Source: Lytechinus pictus
Lineage: Eukaryota
Reading direction: 5' to 3'
Length of the DNA stretch: 64,000 nt
Assembly: GCF_037042905.1 (NCBI RefSeq)
Contig: NW_026974140.1
Span: 310,001-374,000 of the forward strand
The notes under the pieces are model-generated. The model was not told the DNA's origin, made no database searches, and was given only the letters and a program-made list of their open reading frames with translations. Positions within the stretch are counted from its first letter, which is position 1; each line of letters starts with the position of its first letter. Position numbers and translations under genes: made by a program. This document shows, piece by piece, positions 19,601 through 34,024 of the stretch.

Positions 19601-22600
19601 ATTTTATAAGTTATCATGCGGAAACTAAATTGCATATTTAATGAGCCGTGACCTTTGGCCTGCCGACTACGAATTCAAACTTAGCCTGTATTTTGGTGTC
19701 ATCTACCTACACACCCTAATTTGTTATAAATCTGTTGAATATTTTATAAGTTATTATGAGGAATCCAACTCGCTCATTTAATGACCCGGTGTAGTGGTTC
19801 ACCTGCATTCCCCCAACCAGTTATTGGGAGAGACCTGTGGGTCACAGTTCTGTGTGCACGCCCTTATAGGCGACCCAGATTGGCTGGCTCCTCCAATATG
19901 CATTTGAATGTCTTTGACAGATATATGGTGCTATACAAATACTGTGAGTCATCATCATCTACCTACACACCCAAATTTTTATTAAAATCTGTTGAATATT
20001 TCATATCTTTAAGGAGCTGTGATCTTCCACCTGCATACCCCGAATTCAAACTTAGCCTGTATTGGTATCATCTCCAGTGTACCTACACACTCAAATTTGT
20101 TTAATTATGTAGAATATTTTATAAGTTATCATGCGGAAACTAAATTGCATATTTAATGAACCGTGACCTTTGGCCTGCCGACTACAAATTCGAACTTAGC
20201 CGGTATTTTGGCAAATTTGGTGTCATCTACCTACACACCCTAATGTTTTATAAATCTGTTGAATATTTTATAAGATATCATGAGGAAACCAACTCGCATA
20301 TTTAATGAGCTGTGATCTTTGACCTGCATACTCCGAATTCAAACTTAGCCTTATCATCTACAGTGTACCTACACACTCAAATTTGTTTAAATATGTAGAA
20401 TACTTTATAAGTTATCATGAGGAAACTAAATTGCATATTTAATGAGCCGTGACCTTTGGCCTGCCGACTACGAATTCAAACTTAGCCTGTATTTTGGTGT
20501 CATCTACCTACACACCCTAATCTTTTATAAATCTGTTGAATATTTTATAAGTTATTATGAGGAATCCAACTCGCTCATTTAATGACCCGGTGTAGTGGTC
20601 CACCTGCATTCCCCCAACCAGTTATCAGGCGAATCCTGCGGGTCACAGTTCTGTGTGCACGCCCTTGTAGGCGACCCAGATTGGCTGGCTCCTCCAATAT
20701 GCCTTTGAATGTCTTTGACATATATATGGTGCTATACAAATACTGTGCATCATAATCATCTACCTACACACCCAATATTTTTTTTATAAATCTGTTGAAT
20801 ATTTCATATCTTTAAGGAGTTGTGATCTTTGACCGGCATACTCCGAATTCAAACTTAGCCTGTATTGGTATCATCTCCAGTGTACCTACACACTCAAATT
20901 TGTTTAAATATGTAGAATATTTTATAAGTTATCATGCAGAAACTAAATTGCATATTTAATGAGCCGTGACCTTTATCCTGCCGACTACGAATTCGAACTT
21001 AGCCTGTATTTTGGTGTCATCTACCTACACACCCTAGTTTTTTTTATAAATCTGTTGAATATTTTATAAGTTATTATGAGGAATCCAACTCGCATATTTA
21101 ATGACCCGGTGTGGTGGTCCACCTGCATTTCCCCAACCAGTTATCATGAGAATCATGCGGGTCACAGTTCTGTGTGCACGCCCTTGTAGGCGACCCAGAT
21201 TGGCCGGCTCCTCCAATATGCCTTTGAATGTCTTTGACAGATATATGGTGCTATACAAATACTGTGCATCATAATCATCTACCTACACACCCAATATTTT
21301 TTTTATAAATCTGTTGAATATTTCATATCTTTAAGGAGTTGTGATCTTTGACCGGCATACTCCGAATTCAAACTTAGCCTGTATTGGTATCATCTCCAGT
21401 GTACCTACACACTCAAATTTGTTTAATTATGTAGACTATTTTATAAGTTATCATGCGGAAACTAAATTGCATATTTAATGAGCCGTGACCTTTGGCCTGC
21501 CGACTACGAATTCAAACTTAGCCTGTATTTTGGTGTCATCTACCTACACACCCTAATTTTTTATAAATCTGTTGAATATTTTATAAGTTATTATGAGGAT
21601 TCCAACTCGCCTGTTTAATGACCCGGTGTAGTGGTTCACCTGCATTCCCCCAACCAGTTATTGGGAGAGACCTGTGGGTCACAGTTCTGTGTGCACGCCC
21701 TTATAGGCGACCCAGATTGGCTGGCTCCTCCAATATGCATTTGAATGTCTTTGACAGATATATGGTGCTATACAAATACTGTGAGTCACCATCATCTACC
21801 TACACACCCAAAGTTTTATTAAAATCTGTTGAATATTTCATATCTTTAAGGAGCTGTGATCTTCCACCTGCATACCCCGAATTCAAACTTAGCCTGTATT
21901 GGTATCATCTCCAGTGTACCTACACACTCAAATTTGCTTAAATATGTAGAATATTTCATAAGTTATCATGCAGAAACTAAATTGCATATTTAATGAGCCG
22001 TGACCTTTATCCTGCCGACTACGAATTCGAACTTAGCCTGTATTTTGGTGTCATCTACCTACACACCCTAGTTTTTTTATAAATCTGTTGAATATTTTAT
22101 AAGTTATTATGAGGAATCCAACTCGCATATTTAATGACCCGGTGTGGTGGTCCACCTGCATTTCCCCAACCAGTTATCATGAGAATCATGCAGGTCACAG
22201 TTCTGTGTGCACGCCCTTGTAGGCGACCCAGATTGGCTGGCTCCTCCAATATGCCTTTGAATGTCTTTGACAGATATATGGTGCTATACAAATACTGTGC
22301 ATCATAATCATCTACCTACACACCCAATATTTTTTTTATAAATCTGTTAAATATTTCATATCTTTAAGTAGTTGTGATCTTTGACCGGCATACTCCGAAT
22401 TCAAACTTAGCCTGTATTGGTACCATCTCCAGTGTACCTACACACTCAAATTTGTTTAAATATGTAGAATATTTTATAAGTTATCATGCAGAAACTAAAT
22501 TGCATATTTAATGAGCCGTGACCTTTATCCTGCCGACTACGAATTCGAACTTAGCCTGTATTTTGGTGTCATCTACCTACACACCCTAGTTTTTTTTATA

Positions 22601-25600
22601 AATCTGTTGAATATTTTATAAGATATTATGAGGAATCCAACTCGCATATTTAATGACCCGGTGTGGTGGTCCACCTGCATTTCCCCAACCAGTTATCATG
22701 AGAATAGTGCGGGTCACAGTTCTGTGTGCACGCCCTTGTAGGCGACCCAGATTGGCTGGCTCCTCCAATATGCCTTTGAATGTCTTTGACAGATATATGG
22801 TGCTATACAAATACTGTGCATCATAATCATCTACCTACACACCCAATATTTTTTTTATAAATCTGTTGAATATTTCATATCTTTAAGGAGTTGTGATCTT
22901 TGACCGGCATACTCCGAATTCAAACTTAGCCTGTATTGGTACCATCTCCAGTGTACCTACACACTCAAATTTGTTTAAATATGTAGAATATTTTATAAGT
23001 TATCATGCGGAAACTAAATTGCATATTTAATGAGCCGTGACCTTTGGCCTGCCGACTACGAATTCAAACTTAGCCTGTATTTTGGTGTCATCTACCTACA
23101 CACCCTAGTTTTTTTATAAATCTGTTGAATATTTTATAAGTTATTATGAGGAATCCAACTCGCATATTTAATGACCCGGTGTGGTGGTCCACCTGCATTT
23201 CCCCAACCAGTTATCATGAGAATCATGCAGGTCACAGTTCTGTGTGCACGCCCTTGTAGGCGACCCAGATTGGCTGGCTCCTCCAATATGCCTTTGAATG
23301 TCTTTGACAGATATATGGTGCTATACAAATACTGTGCATCATAATCATCTACCTACACACCCAATATTTTTTTTATAAATCTGTTGAATATTTCATATCT
23401 TTAAGGAGTTGTGATCTTTGACCGGCATACTCCGAATTCAAACTTAGCCTGTATTGGTACCATCTCCAGTGTACCTACACACTCAAATTTGTTTAAATAT
23501 GTAGAATATTTTATAAGTTATCATGCAGAAACTAAATTGCATATTTAATGAGCCGTGACCTTTATCCTGCCGACTACGAATTCGAACTTAGCCTGTATTT
23601 TGGTGTCATCTACCTACACACCCTAGTTTTTTTTATAAATCTGTTGAATATTTTATAAGATATTATGAGGAATCCAACTCGCATATTTAATGACCCGGTG
23701 TGGTGGTCCACCTGCATTTCCCCAACCAGTTATCATGAGAATAGTGCGGGTCACAGTTCTGTGTGCACGCCCTTGTAGGCGACCCAGATTGGCTGGCTCC
23801 TCCAATATGCCTTTGAATGTCTTTGACAGATATATGGTGCTATACAAATACTGTGCATCATAATCATCTACCTACACACCCAATATTTTTTTTATAAATC
23901 TGTTGAATATTTCATATCTTTAAGGAGTTGTGATCTTTGACCGGCATACTCCGAATTCAAACTTAGCCTGTATTGGTACCATCTCCAGTGTACCTACACA
24001 CTCAAATTTGTTTAAATATGTAGAATATTTTATAAGTTATCATGCGGAAACTAAATTGCATATTTAATGAGCCGTGACCTTTGGCCTGCCGACTACGAAT
24101 TCAAACTTAGCCTGTATTTTGGTGTCATCTACCTACACACCCTAATTTTTTATAAATCTGTTGAATATTTTATAAGTTATTATGAGGAATCCAACTCGCA
24201 TATTTAATGACCCGGTGTGGTGGTCCACCTGCATTTCCCCAACCAGTTATCATGAGAATAGTGCGGGTCACAGTTCTGTGTGCACGCCCTTGTAGGCGAC
24301 CCAGATTGGCCGGCTCCTCCAATATGCCTTTGAATGTCTTTGACAGATATATGGTGCTATACAAATACTGTGCATCATAATCATCTACCTACACACCCAA
24401 TATTTTTTTTATAAATCTGTTGAATATTTCATATCTTTAAGGAGTTGTGATCTTTGACCTGCATACTCCGAATTCAAACTTAGCCTGTATTGGTATCATC
24501 TCCAGTGTACCTACACACTCAAATTTGTTTAATTATGTAGACTATTTTATAAGTTATCATGCGGAAACTAAATTGCATATTTAATGAGCCGTGACCTTTG
24601 GCCTGCCGACTACGAATTCAAACTTAGCCTGTATTTTGGTGTCATCTACCTACACACCCTAATTTTTTATAAATCTGTTGAATATTTTATAAGTTATTAT
24701 GAGGATTCCAACTCGCTCATTTAATGACCCGGTGTAGTGGTTCACCTGCTTTCCCCAACCAGTTATTGGGAGAGACCTGTGGGTCACAGTTCTGTGTGCA
24801 CGCCCTTATAGGCGACCCAGATTGGCTGGCTCCTCCAATATGCATTTGAATGTCTTTGACAGATATATGGTGCTATACAAATACTGTGAGTCATCATCAT
24901 CTACCTACACACCCACATTTTTATTAAAATCTGTTCAATATTTCATATCTTTAAGGAGCTGTGATCTTCCACCTGCATACCCCGAATTCAAACTTAGCCT
25001 GTATTGGTATCATCTCCAGTGTACCTACACACTCAAATTTGCTTAAATATGTAGAATATTTCATAAGTTATCATGCAGAAACTAAATTGCATATTTAATG
25101 AGCCGTGACCTTTATCCTGTCGACTACGAATTCGAACTTAGCCTGTATTTTGGTGTCATCTACCTACACACCCTAGTTTTTTTATAAATCTGTTGAATAT
25201 TTTATAAGTTATTATGAGGAATCCAACTCGCATATTTAATGACCCGGTGTGGTGGTCCACCTGCATTTCCCCAACCAGTTATCATGAGAATCATGCGGGT
25301 CACAGTTCTGTGTGCACGCCCTTGTAGGCGACCCAGATTGGCTGGCTCCTCCAATATGCCTTTGAATGTCTTTGACAGATATATGGTGCTATACAAATAC
25401 TGTGCATCATAATCATCTACCTACACACCCAATATTTTTTTTATAAATCTGTTGAATATTTCATATCTTTAAGGAGTTGTGATCTTTGACCGGCATACTC
25501 CGAATTCAAACTTAGCCTGTATTGGTATCATCTCCAGTGTACCTACACACTCAAATTTGTTTAATTATGTAGAATATTTTATAAGTTATCATGCGGAAAC

Positions 25601-28600
25601 TAAATTGCATATTTAATGAACCGTGACCTTTGGCCTGCCGACTACGAATTCGAACTTAGCCGGTATTTTGGCAAATTTGGTGTCATCTACCTACACACCC
25701 TAATGTTTTATAAATCTGTTGAATATTTTATAAGATATCATGAGGAAACCAACTCGCATATTTAATGAGCTGTGATCTTTGACCTGCATACTCCGAATTC
25801 AAACTTAGCCTTATCATCTACAGTGTACCTACACACTCAAATTTGTTTAAATATGTAGAATACTTTATAAGTTATCATGAAGAAACTAAATTGCATATTT
25901 AATGAGCCGTGACCTTTGGCCTGCCGACTACGAATTCAAACTTAGCCTGTATTTTGGTGTCATCTACCTACACACCCTATTTTTTTATAAATCTGTTGAA
26001 TATTTTATAAGTTATTATGAGGAATCCAACTCGCTCATTTAATGACCCGGTGTAGTGGTCCACCTGCATTCCCCAAACCAGTTATCAGGCGAATCCTGCG
26101 GGTCACAGTTCTGTGTGCACGCCCTTGTAGGCGACCCAGATTGGCTGGCTCCTCCAATATGCCTTTGAATGTCTTTGACAGATATATGGTGCTATACAAA
26201 TACTGTGCATCATAATCATCTACCTACACACCCAATATTTTTGTTTATAAATCTGTTGAATATTTCATATCTTTAAGGAGTTGTGATCTTTGACCGGCAT
26301 ACTCCGAATTCAAACTTAGCCTGTATTGGTATCATCTCCAGTGTACCTACACACTCAAATTTGTTTAAATATGTAGAATATTTTATAAGTTATCATGCGG
26401 AAACTAAATTGCATATTTAATGAACCGTGTCCTTTGGCCTGCCGACTACGAATTCGAACTTAGCCGGTATTTTGGCAAATTTGGTGTCATCTACCTACAC
26501 ACCCTAATGTTTTATAAATCTGTTGAATATTTTATAAGATATCATGAGGAAACCAACTCGCATATTTAATGAGCTGTGATCTTTGACCTGCATACTCCGA
26601 ATTCAAACTTAGCCTTATCATCTACAGTGTACCTACACACTTAAATTTGTTTAAATATGTAGAATACTTTATAAGTTATCACGCAGAAACTAAATTGCAT
26701 ATTTAATGAGCCGTGACCTTTATCCTGCCGACTACGAATTCGAACTTAGCCTGTATTTTGGTGTCATCTACCTACACACCCTAATTTTTTTATAAATCTG
26801 TTGAATATTTTATAAGTTATTATGAGGAATCCAACTCGCATATTTAATGACCCGGTGTAGTGGTCCACCTGCATTTCCCCAACCAGTTATCAGGCGAATC
26901 CTGCGGGTCACAGTTCTGTGTGCACGCCCTTGTAGGCGACCCAGATTGGCTGGCTCCTCCAATATGCCTTTGAATGTCTTTGACAGATATATGGTGCTTT
27001 ACAAATACTGTGCATCATCTACCTACACACCCAAATTTTTTTTATAAATCTATTGAATATTTCATATCTTTAAGGAGTTGTGATCTTTGACCGGCATACT
27101 CCGAATTCAAACTTAGCCTGTATTGGTATCATCTCCAGTGTACCTACACACTCAAATTTGTTTAAATATGTGGAATATTTTATAAGTTATCATGCGGAAA
27201 CTAAATTGCATATTTAATGAACCGTGACCTTTGGCCTGCCGACTACGATTTCGAACTTAGCCGGTATTTTGGCAAATTTGGTGTCATCTACCTACACACC
27301 CTAATGTTTTATAAATCTGTTGAATATTTTATAAGATATTATGAGGAAACCAACTCGCATATTTAATTAGCTGTGATCTTTGACCTGCATACTCCGAATT
27401 CAAACTTAGCCTTATCATCTACAGTGTACCTACACACTCAAATTTGTTTAAATATGTAGAATACTTTATAAGTTATCATGAGGAAACTAAATTGCATATT
27501 TAATGAGCCGTGACCTTTGGCCTGCCGACTACGAATTCAAACTTAGCCTGTATTTTGGTGTCATCTACCTACACACCCTAATTTTTTATAAATCTGTTGA
27601 ATATTTTATAAGTTATTATGAGGAATCCAACTCGCTCATTTAATGACCCGGTGTAGTGGTCCACCTGCATTCCCCCAACCAGTTATCAGGCGAATCCTGC
27701 GGGTCACAGTTCTGTGTGCACGCCCTTGTAGGCGACCCAGATTGGCTGGCTCCTCCAATATGCCTTTGAATGTCTTTGACAGATATATGGTGCTATACAA
27801 ATACTGTGCATCATAATCATCTGCCTACACACCCAATATTTTTTTTATAAATCTGTTAAATATTTCATATCTTTAAGGAGTTGTGATCTTTGACCGGCAT
27901 ACTCCGAATTCAAACTTAGCCTGTATTGGTATCATCTCCAGTGTACCTACTCACTCAAATTTGTTTAAATATGTGGAATATTTTATAAGTTATCATGCGG
28001 AAACTAAATTGCATATTTAATGAACCGTGACCTTTGGCCTGCCGACTACGATTTCGAACTTAGCCGGTATTTTGGCAAATTTGGTGTCATCTACCTACAC
28101 ACCCTAATGTTTTATAAATCTGTTGAATATTTTATAAGATATCATGAGGAAACCAACTCGCATATTTAATGAGCTGTGATCTTTGACCTGCATACTCCGA
28201 ATTTAAACTTAGCCTTATCATCTACAGTGTACCTACACACTCAAATTTGTTTAAATATGTAGAATATTTTATAAGTTATCATGCGGAAACTAAATTGCAT
28301 ATTTAATGAGCCGTGACCTTTGGCCTGCCGACTACAAATTAGAACTTAGCCTGTATTTTGGTGTCATCTACCTACACACCCTAATTCTTTATAGATCTGT
28401 TGAATATTTTATAAGTTATTATGAGGAAACCAACTTGCATATTTAATGACCCAGTGTAGTGGTCCACCTGCATTCCCCCAACCAGTTATCAGGAGAGACA
28501 TGTGGGTCACAGTTCTGTGTGCGCGTCCTTGTAGGCGACCCAGATTGGCTGGCTCCTCCAATATGCCTTTGAATGTCTTTGACAGATAAATGGTGCTATA

Positions 28601-31600
28601 CAAATACTGTGCATCATCTACCTACACACCCAATTTTTTTTTTCTGTTCAATATATTTCATAAGTTATCTTTATGGAGCTGTGATCTTTGACCTGCATAC
28701 TCCGAATTTAAACTTAGCCTGTATTGGTATCATCTACAGTGTACCTACACACTCAAATTTGTTTAAATATGTATAATTTTTTATAAGTTATCATGCGGAA
28801 ACTAAATTGCATATTTAATGACCCGTGACCTTTGGCCTGCCGACTACGAATTCGAACTTAGCCTGTATTTTGGTGTCATCTACCTACAAGCCCTAATTTT
28901 TTATAAATCTGTTGAATATTTTATAAGATATCATGAGGAAACCAACTCGCATATTTAATGAGCTGTGATCTTTGACCTGCATACTCATAATTCAAACTTA
29001 GCCTTATCATCTACAGTGTACCTACACTCAAATTTGTTTAAATATGTAGAATACTTTATAAGTTATCATGCGGAAACTAAATTGCATATTTAATGAGCCG
29101 TGACCTTTGGCCTGCCGACTACGAATTCGAACTGAGCCTGTATTTTGGTGTCATCTACCTACATACCCTAACATTTTATAAATTTGTTGAATATTTTATA
29201 AGTTATTATGAGGAATCCAACTCGCATATTTAATGACCCGGTGTAGTGGTCCACCTGCATTCCTCTAACCAGTTATCAAGAGAATCCTGCGGGTCACAGT
29301 TCTGTGTGCACGCCCTTGTTGGCGACCCAGATTGGCTGGCTCCTCCAATATGCCTTTGAATGTCTTTGACAGATATATGGTGTTATACAAATAATGTGCA
29401 TCATCTACCTACACACCCACATTTTTTTAAAAATCTGTTCAATATATTTCATAAGATATCTTTAAAGAGCTGTGATCTTTGACCGGCATACTCCGAATTC
29501 AAACTTAGCCTGTATTGGTATCATCTCCAGTGTACCTACACACTCAAATTTGTTTAAATATGTAGAATATTTTATAAGTCATCATGCGGAAACTAAATTG
29601 CATATTTAATGAGTCGTGACCTTTGGCCTGCCGACTTCAAATTCGAACTTAGCCTGTATTTTGGTGTCATCTACCTACACACCCTAATTCTTTATAAATC
29701 TGTTGAATATTTTATAAGTTATTATGAGGAAACCAACTCGAAAATTTTATGACCCAGTGTAGTGGTCCACCTGCATTCCCCCAACCAGTTATCAGGAGAG
29801 ACATGCGGGTCACAGTTCTGTGTGCGCCTCCTTGTAGGCGACCCAGATTGGCTGGCTCCTCCAATATGCCTTTGAATGTCTTTGACAGATATATGGTGCT
29901 TTACAAATACTGTGCATCATCTACCTACACACCCAAATTTTTTTTTTAATCTGTTCAATATATTTCATAAGATATCTTTAAGGAGCTGTGATCTTTGACC
30001 TGCATACTCCGAATTCAAACTTAGCCTGTATTGGTATCATCTACAGTGTACCTACACACTCAAATTTGTTTAAATATGTAGAATATTTTATAAGTTATCA
30101 TGCGGAAACTAAATTGCATATTTAATGAGCCGTGACATTTGGCCTGCGGACTACGAATTCGAACTAAGCCGATATTTTGGCAAATTTGGTGTCATCTACC
30201 TACACACCCTAATGTTTTATAAATCTGTTGAATATTTTATAAGATATCATGAGGAAACCAACTCGCATATTTAATGAGCTGTGATCTTTGACCTGCATAC
30301 TCCGAATTTAAACTTAGCCTTATCATCTACAGTGTACCTACACACTCAAATTTGTTTAAATATGTAGAATATTTTATAAGTTATCATGCGGAAACTAAAT
30401 TGCATATTTAATGAGCCGTGACCTTTGGCCTGCCGACTACGAATTCGAACTTAGCCTGTATTTTGGTGTCATCTACCTACACACCCTATTTTTTTTTTTA
30501 AATCTGTTGAATATTTTATAAGTTATTATGAGGAATCCAACTCGCATATTTAATGACCCGGTGTAGTGGTCCACCTGCATTTCCCCAACCAGTTATCAGG
30601 AGAATCCTGCGGGTCACAAATCTGTGTGCACGCCCTTGTAGGCGACCCAGATTGGCTGGCTCCTCCAATATGCCTTTGAATGTCTTTGACAGATATATGG
30701 TGCAATACAAATACTGTGCATCATAAGCATCTACCTACACACCCAATTTTTTTTTTATAAATCTGTTAAATATTTCATATCTTTAAGGAGCTGTGATCTT
30801 TGACCGGCATACTCCGAATTCAAACTTAGCCTGTATTGGTATCATCTCCAGTGTACCTACACACTCAAATTTGTTTAAATATGTAGAATATTTTATTAGT
30901 TATCATGCGGAAACTAAATTGCATGTTTCATGAACCGTGACCTTTGGCCTGCCGACTACGAATTCGAACTTAGCCGGTATTTTGGCAAATTTGGTGTCAT
31001 CTACCTACACACCCTAATGTTTTATAAATCTGTTGAATATTTTATAAGATATCATGAGGAAACCAACTCGCATATTTAATGAGCTGTGATCTTTGACCTG
31101 CATACTCCGAATTCAAACTTAGCCTTATCATCTACAGTGTACCTACACACTCAAATTTGTTTAAATATGTAGAATACTTTATAAGTTATCATGAGGAAAC
31201 TAAATTGCATATTTAATGAGCCGTGACCTTTGGCCTGCCGACTAAGAATTCAAATTTAGCCTGTATTTTGGTGTCATCTACCTACACACCCTAATTTTTT
31301 ATAAATCTGTTGAATATTTTATAAGTTATTATGAGGAAACCAACTCGAAAATTTAATGACCCAGTGTAGTGGTCCACCTGCATTCCCCCAACCAGTTATC
31401 AGGAAAGACATGCGGGTCACAGTTCTGTGTGCGCGTCCTTGTAGGCGACCCAGATTGGCTGGCTCCTCCAATATGCATTTGAATGTCTTTGACAGATATA
31501 TGGTGTTATACAAATACTGTGCATCATAATCATCTACCTACACACCCAATATTTTTTTTATAAATCTGTTGAATATTTCATATCTTTAAGGAGCTGTGAT

Positions 31601-33910
31601 CTTTGACCGGCATACTCCGAATTCAAACTTAGCCTGTATTGGTATCATCTACAGTGTACCTACACACTCAAATTTGTTTAAATATGTAGAATATTTTATA
31701 AGTTATCATGCGGAAACTAAATTGCATATTTAATGAGCCGTGACCTTTGGCCTGCCGACTACAAATTCGAACTTAGCCTGTATTTTGGTGTCATCTACCT
31801 ACACACCCTAATTCTTTATAAATCTGTTGAATATTTTATAAGATATCATGAGGAAACCAACTCGCATATTTAATGACCCAGTGTAGTGGTCCACCTGCAT
31901 TCCCCCAACCAGTTATCAGGAAAGACATGCGGGTCACAGTTCTGTGTGCGCGTCCTTGTAGGCGACCCAGATTGGCTGGCTCCTCCAATATGCCTTTGAA
32001 TGTCTTTGACAGATATATGGTGCTTTACAAATACTGTGCATCATCTACCTACACACCCAAATTTTTTTTTTAATCTGTTCAATATATTTCATAAGATATC
32101 TTTAAGGAGCTGTGATCTTTGACCTGAATACTCCGAATTCAAACTTAGCCTGTATTGGTATCATCTACAGTGTACCTACACACTCAAATTTGTTTAAATA
32201 TGTAGAATTTTTTATAAGTTATCATGCGGAAACTAAATTGCATATTTAATGACCCGTGACCTTTGGCCTGCCGACTACGAATTCGAACTTAGCCTGTATT
32301 TTGGTTTCATCTACCTACATACCCTAACATTTTATAAATTTGTTGAATATTTTATAAGTTATTATGAGGAATTCAACTCGCATATTTAATGACCCGGTGT
32401 AGTGGTCCACCTGCATTTCCCCGACCAGTTATCAGGCGAATCCTGCGGGTCACAATTCTGTGTGCACGCCCTTGTAGGCGACCCAGATTGGCTGGCTCCT
32501 CCAATATGCCTTTGAATGTCTTTGACAGATATATGGTGCTATACAAATACTGTGCATCATCTACCTACACACCCAATATTTTTTTTTATAAATCTGTTGA
32601 ATATTTCATATCTTTAAGGAGTTATGATCTTTGACCGGCATACTCCGAATTCAAACTTAGCCTGTATTGGTATCATCTCCAGTGTACCTACACACTCAAA
32701 TTTGTTTTAATATGTAGAATATTTTATAAGTTATCATGCGGAAACTAAATTGCATATTTAATGAACCGTGACCTTTGGCCTGCCGACTACGAATTCGAAC
32801 TTAGCCGGTATTTTGGCAAATTTGGTGTCATCTACCTACACACCCTAATGTTTTATAAATCTGTTGAATATTTTATAAGATATCATGAGGAAACCAACTC
32901 GCATATTTAATGAGCTGTGATCTTTGACCTGCATACTCCGAATTCAAACTTAGCCTTATCATCTACAGTGTACCTACACACTTAAATTTGTTTAAATATG
33001 TAGAATACTTTATAAGTTATCATGAGGAAACTAAATTGCATATTTAATGAGCCGTTACCTTTGGCCTGCCGACTAAGAATTCAAACTTAGCCTGTATTTT
33101 GGTGTCATCTACCTACACACCCTAATTTTTTATAAATCTGTTGAATATTTTATAAGTTATTATGAGGAAACCATTTCGAAAATTTTATGACCCGGTGTAG
33201 TGGTCCACCTGCATTCCCCCAACCAGTTATTGGGAGAGACCTGTGGGTCTCAGTTTTGTGTGCACGCCCTTATAGGCGACCCAGATTGGCTGGCTCCTCC
33301 AATATGCATTTGAATGTCTTTGACAGATATATGGTGTTATACAAATACTGTGCATCATAATCATCTACCTACACACCCAATATTTTTTTTATAAATCTGT
33401 TGAATATTTCATATCTTTAAGGAGCTGTGATCTTTGACCGGCATACTCGGAATTCAAACTTAGCCTGTGTTGGTATCATCTCCAGTGTACCTACACACTC
33501 AAATTTGTTTAAATATGTAGAATATTTTATAAGTTATCATGCAGAAACTAAATTGCATATTTAATGAGCCGTGACCTTTATCCTGCCGACTACGAATTCG
33601 AACTTAGCCTGTATGTTGGTGTCATCTACCTACACACCCTAATTTTTTTATAAATCTATTGAATATTTTATAAGATATCATGAGGAAACCAACTCGCATA
33701 TTTAATGAGCTGTGATCTTTGACCTGCATACCTCGAATTTAAACTTAGCCTTATCATCTACAGTGTACCTACACACTCAAATTTGTTTAAATATGTAGAA
33801 TATTTTATAAGTTATCATGCGGAAACTAAATTGCATATTTAATGAGCCGTGACCTTTGGCCTGCCGACTACGAATTCGAACTTAGCCTGTATTTTGGTGT
33901 CATCTACCTA

Positions 33911-34024
33911 CAGTGGCGGACCGTGACCCGGAGGAGACAAAGCATTGGAGGGGCACTGTATTGTTTGTGAACAATGCTGTGCCCCTCCAATGCTTTGTCT
34001 CCTCCGGGTCACGGTCCGCCACTG
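33911..34024. mobile_element. 114-bp fold-back MITE, hAT-type
   Basis: Perfect 46-bp inverted arms (CAGTGGCGGACCGTGACCCGGAGGAGACAAAGCATTGGAGGGGCAC) around a 22-bp partly self-complementary centre. 8-bp TSD TCTACCTA at 33903-33910 and 34025-34032. Empty site present in other B subunits. Confidence 0.93.

Noticed and set aside
30560..30620. Hammerhead ribozyme on the minus strand (CTGATAA...GGGGAAAT)
   Set aside because: The core reads CUGAUAA rather than CUGANGA, stem II barely pairs, and no stem III with an NUH site can be formed. HDV-like and twister layouts also failed to fit by eye.
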